Shown here in pieces: positions 28,743 to 36,386 of a stretch of DNA of 64,000 nt. Source of the stretch: a bacterium BMS3Abin08 (GTDB lineage: Bacteria > Nitrospirota > Thermodesulfovibrionia > Thermodesulfovibrionales > JdFR-85); assembly GCA_002897935.1 (NCBI GenBank), contig BDTA01000015.1, positions 17,735 to 81,734 of the forward strand, read 5' to 3'. Both the position numbers and the translations under genes were made by a program. Under the pieces are notes generated by a model. That model saw nothing but the letters and a program-made list of their open reading frames with translations. It did no database searches and was not told the DNA's origin. Position 1 is the stretch's first letter. Each line of letters begins with the position of its first letter.

Positions 28743-28771
28743 TTGACAAATAACACAAAATCTGAGAGAAT
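28743..28771 (+). promoter_or_regulatory. sigma-70-type promoter candidate
   Basis: TTGACA, 17 nt spacer, GAGAAT, followed by GGAGG and the ATG at 28789. Confidence 0.4.
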
Positions 28772-28788
28772 GTGTTGGAGGTGTTAAA

Positions 28789-29247
28789 ATGTGCATGGAA
28801 TTTTCAATGACCTGTAAGTGTGGAACAAAATCTGCAAGCTTCAACTTCAGGGATGAGATAATGCCACCGGATGTAATTATCTGTCTTTACTGTCCTGACT
28901 GTTCCCGTGATTTATCCTTTAATGCAGACTCCATGCTTGCCGATAACGGCTGGGTGATCGAGTTCGATATGGAGGTGGCCGGGTTTGCCGCCCTTAAGTC
29001 GCCCCACCTGCTGAGAGCGGAACTTACCCCCGGGTACCTCTTTGATGAGGGCTACGCAACGTGGAGGGGGGTATATCCCGGCGATCACATTGACAGTATG
29101 CGTGAACGGAAAGAGATTATCAGCTTATCAACCATTGATCCGAGGGGATATATCAAGAAGATCAAATCCTGGGGAATCAGGCGGATGGAACGTCTCAGAG
29201 ATGAAGGATGGAGGAAAGCCAATGAAGGAGAGAGAATCGAAGGATAA
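28789..29247 (+). CDS. hypothetical protein with N-terminal CxC/CxxC zinc-ribbon-like motif
   Basis: 152 aa with a good promoter and RBS. CKCG...CPDC near the N-terminus. No family recognised. Confidence 0.5.
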   Translation: MCMEFSMTCKCGTKSASFNFRDEIMPPDVIICLYCPDCSRDLSFNADSMLADNGWVIEFDMEVAGFAALKSPHLLRAELTPGYLFDEGYATWRGVYPGDHIDSMRERKEIISLSTIDPRGYIKKIKSWGIRRMERLRDEGWRKANEGERIEG

Positions 29248-29398
29248 ACCGGCATGTTCGATAAAGAGTGTACCCTTCCCCACAGAGGTAACATGCCCCC
29301 GGTGCAATGCGGAAATCGAGATCTGGAGCGACGAGGATGAGACATCATGCAGACTCTGTGGATATGTGCTGTACAGCCACGAAAAGTACACAAATTAG
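29222..29398 (+). CDS. 58-aa zinc-ribbon mini-protein
   Basis: MKERESKDKPACSIKSVPFPTEVTCPRCNAEIEIWSDEDETSCRLCGYVLYSHEKYTN, with two CxxC pairs. It overlaps the upstream ORF by 26 nt. The track shows it only as the tail of a longer out-of-context ORF (29042-29398). Confidence 0.45.
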   Translation: MKERESKDKPACSIKSVPFPTEVTCPRCNAEIEIWSDEDETSCRLCGYVLYSHEKYTN

Positions 29399-29403
29399 TA
29401 CCG

Positions 29404-29594
29404 GTGAAGCTCTCCGGCCAAAGGTCGGGGCTTCCGGGTAAGGAATATGTTACATGCTTGTAAAGCATGCAAATGTAAGGATAATGAACTATTCAACTTA
29501 CATCCGATCCTGACTGCGAACTGTGCATTTTGTTCAGATAGCCGGCTTTCATCCCCGATCAATGATCAGGGCATTCAGCCGGCATCCTCGTAAA
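29404..29594. repeat. ~190-bp double-hairpin element (forward orientation)
   Basis: Terminal hairpins (CTCCGGCCAAAGGTCGGGG and GCCGGC..TCCCCGATCAATGATCAGGG..GCCGGC) plus a central CATGCTTgtaaAGCATG hairpin. Paralogs lie at 23717-23909 and 21840-21953. Confidence 0.75.
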
Positions 29595-29664
29595 TACCCG
29601 AAGCCTTATCGAAGTTGCGGGGGAAGCTCAACCGGCAAACTAACTGAATATTGAGAGCATAATC

Positions 29665-29812
29665 AGAGTCTGTGCGTAAAGTCGAACAGTTATCGTTTTT
29701 CCGTCATTTCCCGAAAGCGTTCGGGGAATCGTTCTTTGAGAAGGATTCCCGACTCCTGAATGCATTCGGGATAACGGGAATGACAAGTGAATGTAATTTA
29801 CAAACAGACCCT
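29665..29812. repeat. MITE-like element (diverged TIRs)
   Basis: AGAGTCTGTGCGTAAA ... TTTACAAACAGACCCT, with the same internal hairpin modules. Confidence 0.65.
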
Positions 29813-29865
29813 AATTCAGGATAAGATGCATGAGTGGTACAAGATGATGTTTCAGGGGGTATGAA

Positions 29866-30360
29866 ATGGCACTTTCAAAGGCAGTTGAGATGGCAAGAAG
29901 GATGGAAACCGATGCAATTAGATTCTACAAAGGGGCATCACGGAAGACATCACACCCTTTTGGCAAGAAAATGTTTGAGGGTTTCACACGCGATGAGACA
30001 AGGCATCTGGGAATGCTCGACGATATTATCAAGGGCCTCGATATTGATCTGAATGTCGAGAGCACCGGAAATATCAGAACCGTATTTTCTGAACTGAGGG
30101 ATCAGATGATGCAGAGGATAGAGGCCACCACAGACGAGAAAGAGGCAATAAAGGTTGCCCTCGAGATGGAGAAAAAAGGTTACAACTATTATCTGAAGGC
30201 GGCAGATGAGGCTCCGGAAGGGCAAGAGAAAAGGCTCTTCGAAATCCTATCAGGAGAAGAAGAAATGCATTATCAATTACTCAGCAACACCTATGCCTTT
30301 CTTGAAGATACAGGTAACTGGTTCATGTGGAAGGAACTGAGTATCGTGGAAGGAGGATGA
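29866..30360 (+). CDS. rubrerythrin/erythrin-like diiron four-helix-bundle protein (no rubredoxin domain)
   Basis: Two E...ExxH pairs (ETDAIRFY/RDETRHL and EMEKKGYNYY/EEEMHYQLL). Confidence 0.75.
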   Translation: MALSKAVEMARRMETDAIRFYKGASRKTSHPFGKKMFEGFTRDETRHLGMLDDIIKGLDIDLNVESTGNIRTVFSELRDQMMQRIEATTDEKEAIKVALEMEKKGYNYYLKAADEAPEGQEKRLFEILSGEEEMHYQLLSNTYAFLEDTGNWFMWKELSIVEGG

Positions 30361-30433
30361 CGGTTAATCCTGGCGTAAGATTCAAAATTAGAGATTTGCA
30401 ATTCGACAATACACTGTACACTGTGGAGGTGAA

Positions 30434-31654
30434 ATGACAAAGGCAACAGAGATCAAGCCGGATATTTTCCGGGTCGGAGCGGTTGACTGGGCGGTTCGGG
30501 ACTTTCATGGATATGTAACTCCAAACGGAACCACCTACAACAACTATATCATCCTCGACGATGAGGTAACACTCCTGGACACCGTGAAATATGATTTCGC
30601 GGAAACAGGAATTGCCAACATCAAGAACCTCGTTGAGCCTAACAGGATCCGTCACATTGTTATCAACCATATAGAAAATGACCACATGAGTGCACTTGAC
30701 CGCTTGATGGAACTGGCTCCGGGGGCAAGGATATACATAACCGACAGGGGCAGGAAAGGCATGGAGAGGTTCTTTGACACATCCGGGTGGAATGTCAATG
30801 TTGTCAAGACCGGTGATGAGTTGAAGATCGGGAAATACACGCTTCAGTTTATTGAAACCCCCATGCTGCACTGGCCTGACTCCATGATGACCTATGTTAA
30901 GGAGGCAAAGCTCCTTGTCTCACAGGACGCCTTTGGTCAACACATGGCCTCTACCGCGAGGTTCGATGACGAATTTACCGCATGTGCCTCCCATGCAGAA
31001 CTTGAAGATGCCGTTGTTGACTACTACGCAAACATCCTGATGCCCTTTGGCAGACTCATCAAATCAAAGATAAAGCAGATTCAGGATCTTGGCCTGGAGA
31101 TCGACATGATCGCCCCTGATCACGGTGTTATATGGAGAAACGAGCCTGACAGGGTGATAGAGATGTACCTTAACATGGCAGAAGGAAGGACCAATCTCCG
31201 GGTGGCGGTCATATACGACACCATGTGGCACAGCACAGAGATAATGTCACAACCCATAGTGCAGGGAATTATGGCTGAAGGCGTTGACTGCAAGGTAATA
31301 AAACTGAGGGCAACACCCATGAGCGCCGCCATAAAGGAGTTCTGGAAGTCGAGGGGACTTATTGTGGGATCACCCACACTCAATAACGAGGTATTCCCTT
31401 CAGTGGCGGAATTTATAACTCACCTCAGGGGACTCAGGCCCTCGTACAGGATTGCGGGGGCATTCGGCAGTTACGGATGGGGTGGTGGTGCAGTGAAGTG
31501 GCTGTACCAGGAGTTTCAGAACATGAAACTTGAGGCGATCGAACCCGGAGTACAGGTCCAGTACAGGCCTTCACCGGAGGATAAAGATACTTGCTACAAC
31601 TTCGGCCGTGAATTTGCAAAACGGGTAAAAGCGTACCATGGAAAATTTCAATAG
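30434..31654 (+). CDS. fprA: flavodiiron protein (FprA / rubredoxin:oxygen oxidoreductase type)
   Basis: Metallo-beta-lactamase-like domain with [10 protein letters not shown] (HxExDH diiron ligands), plus a C-terminal flavodoxin domain ([11 protein letters not shown]). Confidence 0.9.
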   Translation: MTKATEIKPDIFRVGAVDWAVRDFHGYVTPNGTTYNNYIILDDEVTLLDTVKYDFAETGIANIKNLVEPNRIRHIVINHIENDHMSALDRLMELAPGARIYITDRGRKGMERFFDTSGWNVNVVKTGDELKIGKYTLQFIETPMLHWPDSMMTYVKEAKLLVSQDAFGQHMASTARFDDEFTACASHAELEDAVVDYYANILMPFGRLIKSKIKQIQDLGLEIDMIAPDHGVIWRNEPDRVIEMYLNMAEGRTNLRVAVIYDTMWHSTEIMSQPIVQGIMAEGVDCKVIKLRATPMSAAIKEFWKSRGLIVGSPTLNNEVFPSVAEFITHLRGLRPSYRIAGAFGSYGWGGGAVKWLYQEFQNMKLEAIEPGVQVQYRPSPEDKDTCYNFGREFAKRVKAYHGKFQ

Positions 31655-31667
31655 AAGGAGGTTGGTA

Positions 31668-31799
31668 ATGCAGTACACATGTACAGTCTGCGGTTATGTC
31701 TACGACGAAGCAAAGGAGGGCACCCCGTTTGACCAGTTGCCTGATGACTGGGCCTGCCCGGTATGTAACGCACCAAAGGAGGCCTTTGAGCCGGAATAG
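31668..31799 (+). CDS. rubredoxin (43 aa, not in the ORF track)
   Basis: [43 protein letters not shown] has canonical CxxCG...CPxC rubredoxin motifs. RBS GGAGG. Confidence 0.9.
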   Translation: MQYTCTVCGYVYDEAKEGTPFDQLPDDWACPVCNAPKEAFEPE

Positions 31800-31886
31800 G
31801 CAATGAAACAGTGGGGGCGGGACGGGTCTGTTACTCACTGCGTCCCCTGTGTCTCAGTGGTAAAAAATCAATCAAGGAGGCTGGAA

Positions 31887-32261
31887 ATGTCTGAAAAGAG
31901 TTTGTTTTGTGGTATTAACAAACCACTTGATCCATCGAACATGACGGAAACTGAAAAGAAGCATACACCCTTAATTGAATGTCCCGACACCGTGAAGTCA
32001 GGAGAACCCTTTCAGGTAAAGATCAGGATCGGGGAAATCCCTCATATGATGGAAGAAGGCCATCACATCCAGTGGATCGACATATACTCCGGGCAGAACT
32101 TCAACGAGAGAATCGAGTTCACACCGGTATTTACAAGGCCTGAAGTAACCGTAACACTCGTAAAAGGCGGAAAACACAGGACTTCAACTCTCCGTGTCAT
32201 GGAACGGTGTAACCTTCATGGTCAATGGGAGGCAACAAAGGAAATAACCGTTATTGAATAG
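31887..32261 (+). CDS. superoxide reductase (1Fe-SOR / neelaredoxin class)
   Basis: EKKHTPLI, HHIQWIDIY and CNLHGQW supply the SOR centre II ligands. The start at MSEKS follows AAGGAGG. Confidence 0.9.
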   Translation: MSEKSLFCGINKPLDPSNMTETEKKHTPLIECPDTVKSGEPFQVKIRIGEIPHMMEEGHHIQWIDIYSGQNFNERIEFTPVFTRPEVTVTLVKGGKHRTSTLRVMERCNLHGQWEATKEITVIE

Positions 32262-32286
32262 CCGGTCCTCATGGTACCGGTTAAAT

Positions 32287-32427
32287 AGTGTCTGTGTATA
32301 AAGTCGAACAATTGTCGTTTTTCCGTCATTCCGGCTTGTCCGGAATCGTTCTTTAAGAAGGATTCCCGTCCCGAATGCGTTCGGGATTGCGGGAATGACA
32401 AATAACCGTAGTTTATACACAGACTCT
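32287..32427. repeat. MITE-like element
   Basis: AGTGTCTGTGTATAAA ... TTTATACACAGACTCT. Its translation produces the spurious ORF at 32184-32420. Confidence 0.75.
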
Positions 32428-32488
32428 AAGTAATCAACAATACCGGAATCCTTGATTCCCTGATTTGATTTTTTCCAGGAGGTGTTTT

Positions 32489-33106
32489 ATGTTTAAAGAG
32501 GAAGTATGTTGCAGTTTAGGCGTTGGACAGCAGGTCCCGGATTTTGAGCTGGATACCTATGATCCAAGCAAGGGTAACTTTGGAAAGGTCTCTCTGAAAA
32601 AACTTAAAAAGGCCGGTAAATGGACGATCCTTTTCTTCTATCCGGCAGACTTCACCTTTGTGTGAGCTACGGAATTCGCTGCTCTGGCAGAGCAGTACAG
32701 CCGTTTCAAGAAAATGGGTGCCGAGGTTATTACGGTAAGCACTGACACACAGTTTGTCCATCTTGCATGGCATAGAGATGAAAAAATGCTTGAAAAAGTC
32801 AGATACCCCATGGGCGCTGACCCAACCGGTGACGTCTCGATGCTCTTCGGTGTATACGATGAAAACACTGGGCTTGACCTTAGAGGTACGTTTATTATCA
32901 ACCCGCAGGGCACCATTCTCAATTCAGAGGTTAACTTCTACAATATGGGCAGAAACATTGACGAGCTGATGAGAAAGTTCAAGGCAAACCTTCACCTCTC
33001 AAAACATGAAAACGAGGGCTGTCCTGCCAAATGGAAAGAAGAGGGGGATAAGACACTCAAGCCCTCGCCAGACCTTGTTGGCAGGGTCTATGAGGCATTG
33101 CAATGA
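32489..33106 (+). CDS. 2-Cys peroxiredoxin (AhpC/Prx1 type) with selenocysteine (TGA at 32663-32665) at the peroxidatic position
   Basis: Track ORFs 32465-32665 and 32714-33106 are in the same frame and separated only by a TGA. The junction reads FFYPADFTFV-TGA-ATEFAAL, where Prx has FYPxDFTFVCPTE. The resolving-Cys context EGCPAKW is retained. RBS GGAGG precedes the ATG at 32489. Confidence 0.8.
32678..32696 (+). promoter_or_regulatory. bacterial SECIS-like hairpin
   Basis: GCTGCTC-TGGCA-GAGCAGT gives a 7-bp stem (one G-U pair) and a 5-nt loop containing GG. The loop begins 22 nt after the U of the UGA. Confidence 0.55.
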
Positions 33107-33203
33107 TCTGAGCGGGCTTCGGGTTTCAGGCGGATATAGATCCCATATTAATAAAGACTTATATTTACGGCCGGACTCAGCGGTCTGTTCCACGGGCTTT
33201 ATT

Positions 33204-33953
33204 ATGAACGAAGAGATTGGAAAGAGATTTCAGCAGGAGACAAAGTACGACCCTGATGAACTAAAGGAGCGTTCTCTTAAGGGGCTCAGACAACCTGAAA
33301 GGGTCAGGGCATTTGAGGCCCCACTTGGCATCACTCAACTCCCTGACCCTGATATAGAGAAACTCAAAAAACCTCTCTGGGAACTCCTTTTAAAGAGGAG
33401 GTCAAGGAGGATTTTTAACGAAAACGAGCCATTATCCATTAACCTGCTCTCCGTTGTGTTATGGGCAACCCAGGGAATCACAGACCGGTACGGTGATACC
33501 TTTTTCAGAACAGCCCCCTCCGCAGGGGCACTTTTCCCTGTTGAGACGTACCTGATGATAAGAGAAGTGGATGGTATCGAACATGGGCTCTACCACTTCG
33601 ATGCAAGGGCCTTTCAACTTGAACTCTTAAGTAGAGGTGACTACTCAAAAGATCTGGCACTGGCAGCCCTGAGTCAGGCAATGGTAACCAAGGCCCAGGT
33701 TACATTTTTGTGGACAGCGGTAGTTGGACGCTCGAAATGGAAGTACCGTCAGAGGGCTTACAGATATATTTATCTGGAGGCCGGCCATATAGCCGAAAAT
33801 CTCTACCTTGCCTGTGAGGCTCTCGGGCTCGGCACCTGTGCGATAGGTGCTTTTTTCGATGACTGGGTAAACAGCATTATCGGTGTTGACGGGATTGAAG
33901 AGACGATAATTTATATGGCAACCGTGGGATCGCCAAAGAAAAAGCAGGATTAA
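33204..33953 (+). CDS. SagB/ThcOx-type nitroreductase-family dehydrogenase
   Basis: FQQETKY start motif, RRSRR, PSAGALFP, and the C-terminal YLEAGH...LGLGTCAIGAF pattern. The ATG at 33204 avoids overlap with the peroxiredoxin. Confidence 0.75.
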   Translation: MNEEIGKRFQQETKYDPDELKERSLKGLRQPERVRAFEAPLGITQLPDPDIEKLKKPLWELLLKRRSRRIFNENEPLSINLLSVVLWATQGITDRYGDTFFRTAPSAGALFPVETYLMIREVDGIEHGLYHFDARAFQLELLSRGDYSKDLALAALSQAMVTKAQVTFLWTAVVGRSKWKYRQRAYRYIYLEAGHIAENLYLACEALGLGTCAIGAFFDDWVNSIIGVDGIEETIIYMATVGSPKKKQD

Positions 33954-34039
33954 GATCCAGCGATAAGCAGCAGTGACTTAAGCAAACCTGTGTAGATATG
34001 GGTTGATAAATCTTGGATGTCTGAAAGGAGGTGAACTAA

Positions 34040-34171
34040 ATGTCGGTAAAAAAGGCCGGAGAGAAATACAAATGTAACGTCTGCGGTAATGAGGTGGTCG
34101 TGACCAAGGCGGGCGGTGGCCAGCTCGTATGCTGCGGTCAGCCAATGGAGTTGATCGGAGAGGATGAATAA
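34040..34171 (+). CDS. desulforedoxin-like protein (43 aa, not in the ORF track)
   Basis: [43 protein letters not shown] has the Dx signature CxxCGN...G.L.CCG..M. RBS AAAGGAGG. Confidence 0.75.
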   Translation: MSVKKAGEKYKCNVCGNEVVVTKAGGGQLVCCGQPMELIGEDE

Positions 34172-34313
34172 TTGTTAATAACAGGCAGATGGGTGCGTGC
34201 TGCACGCGTAATTAAGTTGTGACGCCGTGCATAGTGCAGGTATAAGAACTAATGGTTTGGGCAACAGCCCGTCAACAGCTAAAATTAAACATTTAGGATA
34301 AGGAGATTCAACC

Positions 34314-34808
34314 ATGTCTAAGACGGAGAAAAACCTGCGGGATGCGTTCGCAGGTGAATCACAGGCAAACAGGAAGTATCTCGCCTTTGCAAAAAAGGCG
34401 GAGGAGGAAGGGTACGGTCAGGCAGCAAGACTTTTCCACGCCGCAGCTGAGGCTGAAACCGTCCATGCCCACAACCATCTGAGGGAACTCGGGGGCATCA
34501 AAACCACAAAGGAAAACCTCATGGAGGCCATCGGCGGAGAGTCCTACGAGTTTCAGAACATGTACCCGCAGATGATCGACGATGCAAAGACAGAGGGCAA
34601 TGATGGTGCCCTGAGGAGCTTTAATCTTGCCAACGAGGTCGAAAAGATTCATGCAGACCTTTACAAAAAGACCCTTGAAAATCTCGGTAACAACGCAGAG
34701 GTGGATTATTATGTCTGCCAGGTTTGCGGCAACACCGTCGAGGGTGCGGCTCCTGATACATGTCCGATCTGTGGGGCCAAAAAAGAGATGTTCAATAGAG
34801 TCGACTGA
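34314..34808 (+). CDS. rbr: rubrerythrin
   Basis: TEKNLRDAFAGESQANRKY and ETVHAHNH diiron motifs, plus a C-terminal rubredoxin-like CQVCG...CPICG. Confidence 0.95.
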   Translation: MSKTEKNLRDAFAGESQANRKYLAFAKKAEEEGYGQAARLFHAAAEAETVHAHNHLRELGGIKTTKENLMEAIGGESYEFQNMYPQMIDDAKTEGNDGALRSFNLANEVEKIHADLYKKTLENLGNNAEVDYYVCQVCGNTVEGAAPDTCPICGAKKEMFNRVD

Positions 34809-34817
34809 TCTGAAGAC

Positions 34818-34846
34818 GGGGGCAAGCCATAAATTGCCCCCTCTTT
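34818..34846 (+). terminator. intrinsic terminator candidate
   Basis: GGGGGCA-agccataaat-TGCCCCC followed by TCTTT, 10 nt after the rbr stop. Confidence 0.55.
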
Positions 34847-35046
34847 CAGATAATAATTTCGGCTCTTTCGTGTTTTAGTTGAAGAGGGGCTTAAAATTCA
34901 GCTTAACATTTACCACAATGCACAATGTCATTCCGCCTTCTCCGGAATGACGGAAAAAGGACAACAGCCCGACTTTTTACACAGACACTGTATAAGACCT
35001 ATGGTATTTAATTGCCTAACCAATAATAAGAAAAAAGGAGTAGTCG

Positions 35047-35658
35047 ATGAAGGTAGTTGCATTCCTTGGGAGTCCGAGGGTTGAAGGTAATACTGAATTG
35101 CTTCTGAATGAAGCCATCAGGGCGGTCGAGGAAGAAGGACATGATGTGACCCTCTTCATCCCCTCGCAGATGAATCTTTCACCCTGCATTAACTGCGGGG
35201 GCTGTGATGAAACAGGTGAATGTGTTCTTGAAGACGACATGAACGATGTCTATCAGGCAATTCGTGAAGGGGAGAGGTTTATACTCGCCTCACCCATATT
35301 CTTTTTTGGACTGTCAGCTCAGATAAAGGCATTGATCGATCGCTGCCAGGCATTCTGGTGCGAAAAATACCTCCTGAAAAAACCCGTACCTGAAGGACCC
35401 AACGATAGAAAAGGACTGCTTTTGATGGTCGGTGGAATGAAGAGAGAGGAGGGCTTCGAGTGTGGCAACGCCACTGCAACCGCCTTTTTCAGGTCGATAA
35501 ACGTTCAGGAACACGATAAACTCTACTATAAAGGAGTGGACGCAAAGGGCGCTGTCAAGAAACATCCAACGGCCCTGAAAGAGGCTTATGCCGCCGGCAA
35601 AGGGCTTGTCAAGCTCTCAGGCCAAAGGTCGAGGCTTGCCGATGTAAGGAAAACCTGA
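35047..35658 (+). CDS. iron-sulfur flavoprotein (Isf-like, NADPH-dependent FMN reductase fold)
   Basis: MKVVAFLGSPR..GNT flavodoxin-like start and the compact CINCGGCDETGEC cluster motif. The last ~17 codons and the stop lie inside a REP-like repeat (35608-35663). Confidence 0.8.
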   Translation: MKVVAFLGSPRVEGNTELLLNEAIRAVEEEGHDVTLFIPSQMNLSPCINCGGCDETGECVLEDDMNDVYQAIREGERFILASPIFFFGLSAQIKALIDRCQAFWCEKYLLKKPVPEGPNDRKGLLLMVGGMKREEGFECGNATATAFFRSINVQEHDKLYYKGVDAKGAVKKHPTALKEAYAAGKGLVKLSGQRSRLADVRKT

Positions 35659-35664
35659 TTAATT

Positions 35665-35802
35665 CGAGTCTGTGTATAAATGTCTTTTTGTCGTCATGCC
35701 CCGAAAGCGTTCAGGGCATCCGTAAAGCAGTGAAAAGACTGGATTCCGGCTTAAGGACTGCCGGAATGACAGATAGAAGAATTGACTTTATACACAGACA
35801 CT
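35665..35802. repeat. MITE-like element
   Basis: CGAGTCTGTGTATAAA ... TTTATACACAGACACT. Confidence 0.75.
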
Positions 35803-35806
35803 AATT

Positions 35807-35949
35807 ACATTCCGTGTATAAAGTCGAACAGTTGTCGTTTTTCCGTCATTCCGGCTTGTCCTGAATCGTTCTTTAAGAAGGATTCACGACTCCCGAATGC
35901 GTTCGGGATTGAGGGAATGACAAATAACCGTAATTTATACACGAACTCT
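35807..35949. repeat. MITE-like element (tandem)
   Basis: TCCGTGTATAAA ... TTTATACACGAACTCT. The interior is near-identical to 32287-32427. Confidence 0.7.
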
Positions 35950-36038
35950 AATTACATTTCTTGCCTTCATTCCCGCACAAAGGTCGGGGCCTTCGGCAAG
36001 GTGCATTGTAAATTCGATATTCTTTGGAGGGCCATAAA

Positions 36039-36305
36039 ATGTCTTCAGCTGGAAAGATTGTACTTTTTGCACTGAGCACCTGCCCTGCCTGCAGGAAAAC
36101 AAAGGAACTACTGAACAGATTCAATGTCGATTATATCCTCGTGGAACTCGATACGATTGAGACCTGCTCAAGGAATAAACTCCTTGAGCAGGTCAGAAAA
36201 TACAATCCCCATGAAACCTTCCCTACCCTGGTTGTTGACGGAGGAAAGAAGGTTATAGTGGGTTATGCAGAGGATGAAATAAAAGAGGCATTGGGACTCC
36301 TCTAA
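36039..36305 (+). CDS. glutaredoxin-like (thioredoxin-fold) protein
   Basis: IVLFALSTCPACRKTKELL has a CPxC active site in the beta-alpha-beta context, followed by TFPTLVVDG. The ATG at 36039 follows GGAGGG. Confidence 0.7.
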   Translation: MSSAGKIVLFALSTCPACRKTKELLNRFNVDYILVELDTIETCSRNKLLEQVRKYNPHETFPTLVVDGGKKVIVGYAEDEIKEALGLL

Positions 36306-36386
36306 AACCGCTCAGCTACAGAGACCGGGTTTTGCAAGGGTATCCCGATAAAAGTCTAAGGCAGGAATGATATGATATAATACACC

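Noticed and set aside
32184-32420. ORFs 32184-32420 (minus strand) and 60853-61056 (plus strand) both begin MYKLRL(F/L)VIPAIPNAFG, which looks like a conserved small-protein family.
   Set aside because: Both lie entirely inside copies of the TIR-MITE. The shared peptide is simply the translation of the repeat (TATAAA...GTCATTCCCGCAAT...). Neither has an RBS, and the sequences diverge as soon as the repeat interiors differ.
33006-33203. Track start at 33006 for the SagB-type gene, and the out-of-frame ORFs 32516-32773 and 32638-32922 across the TGA region.
   Set aside because: The 33006 extension overlaps the peroxiredoxin C-terminus in another frame and has no homology-like features. The family-typical FQQETKY motif follows the ATG at 33204. 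The minus-strand ORFs are shadows of the Prx gene.
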